NCBI GenBank assembly: GCA_050012475.1
Contig: JBEKHC010000088.1
Span: 1-21,413 of the forward strand
Length of the DNA stretch: 21,413 nucleotides
Direction of reading: 5' to 3'
Origin: Candidatus Velthaea sp.
GTDB taxonomy: Bacteria > Vulcanimicrobiota > Vulcanimicrobiia > Vulcanimicrobiales > Vulcanimicrobiaceae
Positions within the stretch are counted from its first letter, which is position 1, and each line of letters starts with the position of its first letter. The translations under genes and the position numbers were made by a program. Below, piece by piece: positions 7,443-15,428 of the stretch. The notes under the pieces are model-generated. The model worked only from the letters and a program-made list of their open reading frames with translations. It searched no databases and was not told where the DNA came from.

Positions 7443-8123
7443 TTGGACCTCTTTTGGAGCTTGCCGGACTCGCGAGATTTCGCCGGCCTCACTGCCCCGC
7501 TCGATGAACTCTTCGGCGCTGCGCAATCGCGGAAGTATGAATCCGGTGCGTCGGTGTCCGATCCCGAGTTTGCACCGGAACGTGCGTTCCGGTGCGTCTC
7601 AGGCACGATCAAGGTAACGAAGCTCCTCGCGAGCGGACGCGAGATCCTCATCACGATCTTACAGACGGGCTCCGTCTGGAGCGATCGCGCGGTCCTCAAC
7701 GGCTACTGGCGCGACGTCTTCCTCGAAGCGATGGAGCCCAGCGAGATCGTCTCGGTCGACGCCGCCGCCTTCGAGCGCGTCGTGCGCTCATCGCCGGATC
7801 TGCTGGCCAAGTTCATGCTGCGCATCTCCGAGCAAGTCTCGGATGCCCTCACGCTGCTTGACGATTTCCGCGGCCGCGACGTTGCCTCGCGGCTGGCTCG
7901 GGTCCTCGTGCGCTTCTCCAAACAATACGGCGTGCCGACCGAACGCGGCGTCCGCATCGAACTCCCGGTCACCCACCAAGACCTCGCCAACATGATCGGC
8001 ACTGCGCGCGAAACAGTCTCTCGTAACATGGCCCGTTTCCGCCAGCAGGGCTACGTCAAAGACGGGCACGCCGCCACCCTCGAAATCCTCAACCTCGACT
8101 CGCTCGAAGCGCTCATCGTCTAG
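7443..8123 (+). CDS. Crp/Fnr family transcriptional regulator
   Basis: cNMP-type beta-barrel (SGTIKVTK...SGREILITILQTG) and HTH LPVTHQDLANMIGTARETVSR. TTG start immediately after the pufC stop. Confidence 0.93.
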   Translation: MDLFWSLPDSRDFAGLTAPLDELFGAAQSRKYESGASVSDPEFAPERAFRCVSGTIKVTKLLASGREILITILQTGSVWSDRAVLNGYWRDVFLEAMEPSEIVSVDAAAFERVVRSSPDLLAKFMLRISEQVSDALTLLDDFRGRDVASRLARVLVRFSKQYGVPTERGVRIELPVTHQDLANMIGTARETVSRNMARFRQQGYVKDGHAATLEILNLDSLEALIV

Positions 8124-8167
8124 CCGGTCAAGAAAGAATCGTCCCCTGCTTGCCCGCAGCGAGCCGG

Positions 8168-8208
8168 AAAAAAACGGCGGCACCCTTTCGGGGGTGCCGT
8201 TTGCTTGT
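8168..8208 (+). terminator. Rho-independent, probably bidirectional, terminator of the puf-crp operon
   Basis: Hairpin CGGCACCCT-TTCG-GGGGTGCCG (8178-8199) followed by TTTGCTTGT and preceded by an A7 tract. Confidence 0.8.
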
Positions 8209-8302
8209 GCGTCACGAAGGTCGGTGGCCAGCCGGGAGGGGGTAATTGGGTTGCCGGGCGTCCCCCGCAACCGAACGAGCCCCTCCCGCTCCCCACAGGC
8301 CG

Positions 8303-8345
8303 GGTGACGACTATCACCGTGCCTAATTCTCCGGATGCCTACGAT
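8303..8345 (+). promoter_or_regulatory. Putative class II Crp promoter of bchFCX: GGTGA-cgacta-TCACC (8303-8318) plus -10 TACGAT (8340-8345)
   Basis: Perfect GTGA-N6-TCAC Crp-box core, centred at about -41.5 if transcription starts near 8352. Confidence 0.65.
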
Positions 8346-8371
8346 AACCAACGGAGGGAGAACGTCCGCAC

Positions 8372-8839
8372 GTGGCATACGGGGATTCCGAACAAATGGT
8401 CGCTCGGCGAGCCGCGAGCGTATGGACCAAAATCCATCCGATTTTCGCCCTCGGCCAACTGCTCGCGTTCTTCGTGAGCGTCGGCTTCTTGATCGGTTAC
8501 TTCCGCGGGGCCGTTTCCATGGAGGCCGTGCACCAATCGGTGCTGGTCAAAGTCGCGCTGATGTTCGGTGCGATCATCACCGGCGCGCTGTGGGAGAAGG
8601 ACGTCTTCGGCCAATATTGGTTTGCCCCGGAGTTCCTAGCCGAAGACACGATGACCCTCAACGTGTTCATCTTGCACATCTCCTATCTCGGACTGGCGGC
8701 CGCGAATCCGGAGAACATCACCGTACAGATCGGCATGCTGATCGTAGCGTACGGCGTGTACATCGCGAACGTCGCTCAATACGTGGTGCGTACAGCGGTG
8801 CTGGGAAAGCACGTCGCCGTTCGGGTGCGCTCGCGGTGA
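8372..8839 (+). CDS. bchF: 3-vinyl (bacterio)chlorophyllide hydratase
   Basis: Motifs RRAASVWT, ITGALWEKDVFGQYWFAPEFLAED and AYGVYIANVAQY. Small membrane protein. Start is GTG 8372 or ATG 8396. Confidence 0.93.
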   Translation: MAYGDSEQMVARRAASVWTKIHPIFALGQLLAFFVSVGFLIGYFRGAVSMEAVHQSVLVKVALMFGAIITGALWEKDVFGQYWFAPEFLAEDTMTLNVFILHISYLGLAAANPENITVQIGMLIVAYGVYIANVAQYVVRTAVLGKHVAVRVRSR

Positions 8840-9795
8840 GCGGCGCCGTGCAGGCGGTCGTGTTTGCCGAGGCCGGTCAGCTCGATTTCCGTCCGGTGAC
8901 GCTGCGTGCGGCGGCGGCCGACGAAGTCGTGGTCGACACGCGCTTTTCGTCGATCTCCGCGGGCACGGAACGGCTGCTGTTCGATGGGCGCTTGCCGGCG
9001 ATTCCGCATTTGTGCTATCCGCTGATTCCGGGCTACGAAGCGGTTGGGGTCGTGCTGCAGGTCGGTGCCGACGTCACCGACGTACACGTGGGCGATGAAG
9101 TGTTCGTGGGCGGAAGCATGTGCTTCACCGACGTCTCGGCCGCTTTTGGCGGGCAGGCGTCGCGGCTGATCAAGAAAGCCGCCCAGGTCGTTCCACTGCA
9201 CGGGATCCCGCTCGCGCATGCTCCGTTGCTCGCGCTCGCGGCGACGAGTTTGCACGGCGTGCGCCGGCTTGGCGATGTGCGCGGGAAACGCGTCGGCGTC
9301 GTCGGCATGGGTGCGATCGGACAGTTCGCCGCGCGCTTCCTCGCCGCACTCGAACCGGCGGAGCTCTATGAAGTGGACACGAATCCTGCCCGGCTCGGCC
9401 ACGTTCGCGGCGCGATTTCCATCGATGCGTCGCAAACGACGCTTGCCGAGGCTGCCGGCGCGCCGTTGGACTGCGTGATCGAAGCCACCGGAAAATCCGA
9501 GATGATCGGGGCGTGCGCGAAAGCGCTTCGGCTCGGCGGTTCGATCGTGCTGCTTTCGTACTACGATACACTGACGACGCCGTTCGTCGATCTCTTCACC
9601 AAAGAGGCGACGCTGCTGGTCGCGCGCGAGTGGAGCCACCCCGACCTGCTGGCGGCACGCGACATGATCGCCGACGGCCGCGTCGACGTCGCCGACCTGG
9701 CTCAAAGCGCTTACCCGATCGCGCACTACGAAGCGGCCTACAAGACCGCATTCGAGGATCCATCGATACTGAAGGTGATTCTGCAATGGGCGTAA
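8836..9795 (+). CDS. bchC: 3-hydroxyethyl bacteriochlorophyllide a dehydrogenase
   Basis: MDR family motifs SSISAGTERLL and YPLIPGYEAVG, Rossmann VVGMGAIG, and KEATLLVAREW. GTG start overlaps the bchF stop (GTGA). Confidence 0.94.
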   Translation: MSGAVQAVVFAEAGQLDFRPVTLRAAAADEVVVDTRFSSISAGTERLLFDGRLPAIPHLCYPLIPGYEAVGVVLQVGADVTDVHVGDEVFVGGSMCFTDVSAAFGGQASRLIKKAAQVVPLHGIPLAHAPLLALAATSLHGVRRLGDVRGKRVGVVGMGAIGQFAARFLAALEPAELYEVDTNPARLGHVRGAISIDASQTTLAEAAGAPLDCVIEATGKSEMIGACAKALRLGGSIVLLSYYDTLTTPFVDLFTKEATLLVAREWSHPDLLAARDMIADGRVDVADLAQSAYPIAHYEAAYKTAFEDPSILKVILQWA

Positions 9796-10814
9796 GCAAA
9801 AACTCCACCGTCGCCATCTACGGCAAGGGCGGTGCCGGAAAGTCTTTTCTCACCAGCATGACGGCGAAGACGCTGACCGAACGCGGCTTCAACACGTTGC
9901 AGATGGGCTGCGATCCCAAGCACGACAGCGTGGTCACGCATTTCGGCGGCGCGCTGATCCCGACGGTCCTCGGCACTTGGGCGCAGTACGAAAAAGAAGG
10001 CCGCGCCGACGATCTCGCTCCCGAACACATCATCTTTAAGGGCAACGGCGTCTATTGCATCGAGCTGGGCGGCCCGGAGTCGGCGCGCGGCTGCGGCGGA
10101 CGCGGCATCACCTTCGGCTTCTCACTGCTCGAAAAGTGGGGCTTGTCGGAGTGGAACTTCGATTACATGCTGCTCGACTTTCTCGGCGACGTCGTTTGTG
10201 GCGGCTTCGGCACGCCGATCGCGCGTTCGATGGCCGATAAGCTCATCATCGTCTGCAGCAACGAAGGCCAGTCGATGTACGCCGCCAACAACATCGCCTC
10301 CGCGGTCCGTTACTTCGCCGAGCAGGGCGGGAAAACGCGCTGCCTGGGCCTCGTCGTCAACAAAGACGACGGCAGCGGCAAAGCGCAAGCCATGGCAAAG
10401 TGGCTGGGCATTCCGGTGATCGCGTCGATGCCGCTCATCCCGCAAGACGAGGTCGTGATCGACGGCGTTCCCAACGAAGCCGTTCGCAGCGCCGTCGACA
10501 ACGTCATCGCGGCGATCGACGATCTCGACGCGGTCGTCCCCAACAAAGTCGACTTCGTTCAATTCATGATGCACCTCTCGGGCAACGCTGCCGAGATGGA
10601 CGGCACGGCCGTCACCGCCGACGAACTCTGGTCGCTGCCCGAAGTTGTGCCCAAAGCCAAAAAAATCCAGCGCGAACTCGTCCTCGCCGGCATCCCCAAC
10701 GGCGGACGCGCCGATCATCGCTACATCGAAGCGGAAGGCGACGGCGAGAAAGTCCTTGGACCGACGATCGTATCCGTCGGCGGAGGGAATGTGCCGGCTG
10801 CCGACTGGGGCTGA
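9786..10814 (+). CDS. bchX: Chlorophyllide a reductase iron protein subunit X
   Basis: NifH-like motifs YGKGGAGKS, GCDPKHDS, ELGGPESARGCGGRGI and DFLGDVVCGGFGTPIARSMA. ATG at 9786 overlaps the end of bchC. Confidence 0.96.
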   Translation: MGVSKNSTVAIYGKGGAGKSFLTSMTAKTLTERGFNTLQMGCDPKHDSVVTHFGGALIPTVLGTWAQYEKEGRADDLAPEHIIFKGNGVYCIELGGPESARGCGGRGITFGFSLLEKWGLSEWNFDYMLLDFLGDVVCGGFGTPIARSMADKLIIVCSNEGQSMYAANNIASAVRYFAEQGGKTRCLGLVVNKDDGSGKAQAMAKWLGIPVIASMPLIPQDEVVIDGVPNEAVRSAVDNVIAAIDDLDAVVPNKVDFVQFMMHLSGNAAEMDGTAVTADELWSLPEVVPKAKKIQRELVLAGIPNGGRADHRYIEAEGDGEKVLGPTIVSVGGGNVPAADWG

Positions 10815-10815
10815 T

Positions 10816-10973
10816 CGTGGGAGAGCGGGGAGGCGACATTGGTGGGGCGGGGACGCCCGCGATTTTACATCCATGTAAAATCGCTACTGCCAAAAAATCT
10901 GCTCCCGCCCTCCGGGCTCCGCAGATTTGTTTGAGCCCCCGCACCACCCATGCCGCCTCCCCGCTCAGCCACG
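10816..10973. repeat. Branched inverted-repeat element (MITE/REP-like element or structured RNA)
   Basis: 37-bp outer arms 10816-10852 and 10937-10973 match at 32/37 positions. They enclose a perfect hairpin GCGATTTTACAT-CC-ATGTAAAATCGC (10859-10884) and a second hairpin CAAAAAATCTGC...GCAGATTTGTTTG (10891-10933). Confidence 0.8.
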
Positions 10974-11274
10974 CCGCCAGCGAGTCGGCAGCCGATGGAA
11001 GAGTGGCAGAGTCGGTGGTGTTTCGGGCTCGGAGCAGAAACACGCGCTTGATGCCTTTTTCTTTTTTAAGACAAAGTGGTACATCGAAGTTTGCAGCCTT
11101 CCCCCGCATCGAAATGCGAAGCTACGCGTGCGCGGCGATTGAGCGCTTCGAGATGAACCGGGCGATGCGCGCGGGTCTCCGGTTGGCGCCTGCAGCTCCC
11201 CTCCACCAGCGGCCCAACGCGGTCATCCGCAACAACGAACCAACATCAGAACGCCACGAGCGTTCGGGGTTTTC

Positions 11275-12600
11275 ATGAGTAAACAGGCTTCTTCGATGTG
11301 CCCGGCGTTCGGGGCTGTGCGGAATTTGTTGCGTATGGAAGATGCGATGCCCATCGTTATTTCCAGCGGCGACGGATGTTTGTATGGGCACACCTTCGTG
11401 GCGCATTTTTATGTGGCGAACCGGCCGATCTTTTCGCCCGGGGTGAGTTCGGAGATTTGGGCCAAGGGCTCGGTGTTCGATGAGCTCAAGCTCATGGTGC
11501 ACGAAATGGCGGAGAAACATCAGCCGTCGATCATTCCGATTTGTTCGCTGTGCGTGTCGGATACCGTGGGCTTGCCGTTCGATCTGCTGCCCAAGCAGAT
11601 CGGGCACACCGAGGTCATTTATGTACCGCTGCCGGCGTACAGCGTTCATACGCATTCGCGAGCGAAAGACATCGTCGTCGATTCGCTGGTTTGGCGGTTG
11701 CCGCCGCAGCGCAAAACGCGTGCGGGCGTGAACGTGATCGGAGAGCTGTTTCCCAGCGATCCGATTCATATCGACGAAGTGCTGCGGCGCATCGGAACGC
11801 ACGTGAATACGACGGTGCCCGGTCCGCGCTGGTCGGACTATGTCGCGATGGTGGACGGGGCGCTCAATGCGCCGGTCCATCCGTTTTACTCCGAGAGCGT
11901 CAAGCGGATGAAGATGAAGCAGGGTCTGCCGTTCATCGAGGGCGCACCGGTCGGCATCGATGGAACCTATGCGTGGATCCGCGGCGTCGGTGAGGCGCTC
12001 AAGCTGAATCCGGCGACGGTGAACGCCGTTGCCGCCGAGGAGCGCGATAAGGTGATCGCGGCGATGGCCGATTATCCGCTACACGGGCTCACGTTCATGG
12101 TGGCCGGCTATGAAGGGCATGAGTTTCTGCTCGTGCGGCTGCTGATCGAAGCGGGGGCCAAGGTGCCGTTTCTGTCGACCGCCGTGAGCTCGAATCCGTT
12201 GGCGCGCGAAGAGGAAGCTTGGTTGCGCGAGCACGGCTGCACGGTGTTGTACGGCGCGAATTTCGACGACGAGATCGGGGCACTCGAAGATCATCCCTAC
12301 GATTGCGTGATCGGGACGACGCCGTTGTGCGCGCACGCCAAGGAGCTCGGCATTCCGTCGATTTACTATACGAACGCGATGGCGACGCGTTCGCTCATGT
12401 TTGCGGCCGGTGCCAGCGATATCTTGTCGCTGATGCTTTCGACCTATCGCAGCAAGCAGCGGTATCACAAGATTGCGAGTTTCTTTAGCGAGACGGGGAC
12501 GCCGCAGCGGAGCTACTCGTCGTGGGCGCCCAAGATCGATTTGACCGAGCATCTGCTTGCGAATGGCGCGTTTGCGCCTGCCGACGGAGGAACGCCGTGA
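11275..12600 (+). CDS. bchY: Chlorophyllide a reductase subunit Y
   Basis: Three cluster Cys in SMCPAFG, GCLYG and SLCVSD, plus HSRAKD, GYEGHEFLLVRLLIEAGA and GIPSIYYTN. Confidence 0.96.
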   Translation: MSKQASSMCPAFGAVRNLLRMEDAMPIVISSGDGCLYGHTFVAHFYVANRPIFSPGVSSEIWAKGSVFDELKLMVHEMAEKHQPSIIPICSLCVSDTVGLPFDLLPKQIGHTEVIYVPLPAYSVHTHSRAKDIVVDSLVWRLPPQRKTRAGVNVIGELFPSDPIHIDEVLRRIGTHVNTTVPGPRWSDYVAMVDGALNAPVHPFYSESVKRMKMKQGLPFIEGAPVGIDGTYAWIRGVGEALKLNPATVNAVAAEERDKVIAAMADYPLHGLTFMVAGYEGHEFLLVRLLIEAGAKVPFLSTAVSSNPLAREEEAWLREHGCTVLYGANFDDEIGALEDHPYDCVIGTTPLCAHAKELGIPSIYYTNAMATRSLMFAAGASDILSLMLSTYRSKQRYHKIASFFSETGTPQRSYSSWAPKIDLTEHLLANGAFAPADGGTP

Positions 12601-12634
12601 TCGGCGGAGCGGGTTCAGGCGGGGGACGCTGCTG

Positions 12635-14203
12635 ATGGGTACACCCAAAGAACTCGAGAGCGCCGTCGTCAACACGGCGATTCGCAAGCGGGTGACCGAT
12701 CTCGATCACGCCGGCGGCGATACCGGCGGGATGCAAGTGTTCGCCTCGTTCAAGGATGCCAACGTCGTGCTCGACGGGCCGGTGGGCTGTCACGTGATGC
12801 CCGCCGTCGCCGTCATCAACTATACCGACAGCGTGCCGTATTTGCAAAACGTGACGTGTTCGGAGTTGTCGGAGAACGAAGTCACCATCGCCGGGACGCT
12901 CGGCGCGCTCAAAGAAAAAGTGGCGCGGGCCGGTGTCGACGGGCGCCAGGTGTTCATCGTTTCAACGCCGATGTCGGAGCTGATCGGGGCGTCGTGGACC
13001 ACCATGGATGCGGACGTGAAGGGGTCGGCGCTGTTCTTCGACAGCCACTCGCTCGATGACGACGAGTGGAAGTCGCGCGATCGGGCGTTACTGTTTTTGT
13101 GGGAGCATCGCGAGCACTTCGTTCGGCCGGCCGGCGCGGCGCCCCATCCGCCCAGGACTCGGCCACGCGTCAACATCATCGGACCGACGTACGGGAATTT
13201 CAACTCGTACAGCGATCTGCACGAAATCAAGCGGCTCGTCGCCGGGATCGGCGCCGAACTCAATTGTGTGTATCCGTTCGAGGCGCACACCTACGACACG
13301 CCGCATTTGCGCGACGCCGACGCGAGCATCGTCATGTATGCGGAGTACGGGAAATCGCTGGCGCGCGAGGTCGGCTTGCCGACGTTCTTCGCTCCGATCG
13401 GACTCGAGCCGACGACCCTGTTTTTGCAGGGACTCGGGGATGCGCTCGGGCTGCGAGCCGAAGCCGACGCGTTCATCGCGCGCGAGAAGAAGACGACGCT
13501 CGCGGCGTGGCAAGACATTTGGAAATCGACGCACAGCGATTTCTTTGCCAACGCCCCGATCGCGATCGTCGCTCCGCCGACGTATAAGGACGGTCTCGAG
13601 GGCTACTTGGGCGGCGAGCTGGGCCTGCCCGTTGTCTTCAGCGCGTACCGCACCGGCGCCGAGAGCACACCCAACGAAGAGGTCCGAGTCGCGCTGCGCG
13701 AACTGAGCCCGTCGCCGATGATGGTGTTCGGATCGATCAACGAACGCATGATCATCGCGCAAGAAAAGCTGCCGGCGCTGTTCATGCAATCGTCGTTCCC
13801 GGGCGCCGTCGTGCGGCGCGCGACCGGAACGCCGTATATGGGATACGCCGGGGCGGTCTGGCTGCTCCAAGTGGCGTGCGAAGGACTGTTCGACGTGCTG
13901 TTCGCGAACTTGCCGACCTCGGCGGTGCCGCCGCTGCGCGCCGAAGCGCCGACCGCCGAGCTGTTGGCCTCGGCACCCGGCGTCGTCGCTGAGAGCGGAA
14001 AGGGCCGCAACAGCGTCATTGCCTGGACGCCCGAAGCCAAGCAGCTGACGGAAGTGACGCTGAAACGCGTTCCGTTTTTCGTGCGCGTTTCGGTGAACAA
14101 GAAATTGCGTGCCGAAGCCGAGCAGCTCGCGCGCGAGCGCGGCTCGGATGTCGACCGGGCGGTGATCGAAGCGATCACGGCGCGTTACGCGCCGGGGCGT
14201 TAG
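12635..14203 (+). CDS. bchZ: Chlorophyllide a reductase subunit Z
   Basis: Motifs DLDHAGG, VVLDGPVGC, INYTD, VNIIGPTYGNFNSYSDLHEIKRLV and TGTPYMGYAGAVWLLQ, with a C-terminal PCP_red-type domain (WTPEA...VPFFVR). ATG at 12635. Confidence 0.96.
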   Translation: MGTPKELESAVVNTAIRKRVTDLDHAGGDTGGMQVFASFKDANVVLDGPVGCHVMPAVAVINYTDSVPYLQNVTCSELSENEVTIAGTLGALKEKVARAGVDGRQVFIVSTPMSELIGASWTTMDADVKGSALFFDSHSLDDDEWKSRDRALLFLWEHREHFVRPAGAAPHPPRTRPRVNIIGPTYGNFNSYSDLHEIKRLVAGIGAELNCVYPFEAHTYDTPHLRDADASIVMYAEYGKSLAREVGLPTFFAPIGLEPTTLFLQGLGDALGLRAEADAFIAREKKTTLAAWQDIWKSTHSDFFANAPIAIVAPPTYKDGLEGYLGGELGLPVVFSAYRTGAESTPNEEVRVALRELSPSPMMVFGSINERMIIAQEKLPALFMQSSFPGAVVRRATGTPYMGYAGAVWLLQVACEGLFDVLFANLPTSAVPPLRAEAPTAELLASAPGVVAESGKGRNSVIAWTPEAKQLTEVTLKRVPFFVRVSVNKKLRAEAEQLARERGSDVDRAVIEAITARYAPGR

Positions 14204-14226
14204 CGCCGATCGATCAGGAAGCGCTC

Positions 14227-15036
14227 GTGCTGCTGGCAGCGGCGCGATTGCGAATGGGCGGACGGCGGCTGCGGGCCTTGGCCGCCGGCGACGGGAGCGC
14301 GGTGCGCGAGTTCGTTACCGCCGACTCGGCGTTGCGGCTGGCCGAGGCGCGACGTGACGCGCGCGCCGATGCGGCAATGCTCGAGCGCCTCTCCGCGCGC
14401 GTGGTCCCGCTTCGCAGCGCCGAATACCCGGCCGGACTGCGCGACCTCCGGATGCCGCCGGCGTTTCTGTGCGTGCGCGGCACGTTGCCCGCGGACGGCG
14501 TCGCAATCGTCGGGGCGCGGGATGCCAGCAGCGCGGCGTGCCGCTTTGCCTTCGATCTCGCCCAGGCGCTGGGGCGTGCGGTCGTGAGCGGATTGGCACG
14601 CGGCGTCGATACGGCGGCTCACCGCGGCGCGCTGGCGGCGGGGTTGCCGCAGATTGCGTACGTCGGGACCGGCGTCGCGCGAACGTACCCGCCCGAAAAT
14701 GCCCAGCTCGCCGACGAGATCATCGCGAGCGGCGGCGCGATCGCTTCCGAGCGCCTGCCCAACGATGCGGTGACGCGTTGGGCACTCACCCAACGCGATC
14801 GATTGCAGGCCGCTCACGCCGCTGCGGTCGTATTGATCGAAAGCGAAGCGGAGGGCGGCGCGATGCACACACTGCGCTTCGCGCGGGAATTGGGACGCCG
14901 GCGTTTTGTTTGCGATCGTCCAACCACGGGAAACCGTGCGGCGGCTGCCGACGGAGCGACCCTCTTGCCCGCTGAGGCCGTCGCCGCCGCTGCCGCCATC
15001 ATCGCTTCTCTCCCGCACCAGGAGCCCGCAGGTTGA
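14227..15036 (+). CDS. dprA: DNA-processing protein DprA/Smf family
   Basis: Motifs YPAGLRDLRMPPAFLCVRG, VAIVGAR, VVSGLARGVDTAAHRGAL and YPPEN. Short form lacking the C-terminal domain. Confidence 0.88.
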   Translation: MLLAAARLRMGGRRLRALAAGDGSAVREFVTADSALRLAEARRDARADAAMLERLSARVVPLRSAEYPAGLRDLRMPPAFLCVRGTLPADGVAIVGARDASSAACRFAFDLAQALGRAVVSGLARGVDTAAHRGALAAGLPQIAYVGTGVARTYPPENAQLADEIIASGGAIASERLPNDAVTRWALTQRDRLQAAHAAAVVLIESEAEGGAMHTLRFARELGRRRFVCDRPTTGNRAAAADGATLLPAEAVAAAAAIIASLPHQEPAG

Positions 15037-15428
15037 GCGCCTTCCAAGCATACGATCTCGATAAGGTCCAGCTCCTTCGCAACGCCGATTTGGATTCCGC
15101 GCCGCTCGGAGTGATCGTCGTCGACCGCAACGGGAAAATTCTCGAGTACAACGCGTACGAACGCTCGTTGGCCCATATGGGCGACCGCGACGTCACCGGC
15201 CGAAACTTCTTCACCGACGTCGCTCCCTGTACGGCGATCCGCGACTTTCAGGGACGCTTTGGCGAATTCCTCAACTCCGAAGAGACGAGCATCGAGCCGT
15301 TCGAGTTCATTTTCGCGTTTCCGCACGGGCCCGAACGGGTGTCCGTCGTATTTGTCCGCCTTGCAGACGACCGGGAACGCGCAACGATTTGCGTGATCCG
15401 CACGGAGGTAGCCGACTTATCGACCTGA
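15033..15428 (+). CDS. pyp: Photoactive yellow protein (PAS fold, p-coumarate chromophore)
   Basis: LDSAPLGVIVVD..G.ILEYNAYE and GRNFFTDVAPCT give Tyr42, Glu46 and Cys69 equivalents in exact register with H. halophila PYP. TTG start overlaps the dprA stop. Confidence 0.88.
   Translation: MSAFQAYDLDKVQLLRNADLDSAPLGVIVVDRNGKILEYNAYERSLAHMGDRDVTGRNFFTDVAPCTAIRDFQGRFGEFLNSEETSIEPFEFIFAFPHGPERVSVVFVRLADDRERATICVIRTEVADLST

Noticed and set aside
8150..8220. Possible c-di-GMP-I riboswitch on the minus strand (GCAAAC...GAAA)
   Set aside because: Lacks the downstream GACGCAAA and second stem. Better explained as an intrinsic terminator.
8335..8835. Apparent N-terminal extension of BchC (similar extensions on BchX, BchZ and CrtB)
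   Set aside because: These overlap upstream genes in another frame, and coupled starts at 8836, 9786, 12635 and 2846 explain the genes.
10400..11278. 292-aa ORF spanning the bchX-bchY spacer
   Set aside because: Overlaps bchX out of frame, crosses the inverted-repeat element and has no protein-like motif.
9786..14203. Nitrogenase (nifHDK) or DPOR (bchLNB) interpretation
   Set aside because: Motifs and the bchF-bchC context identify chlorophyllide reductase BchXYZ.
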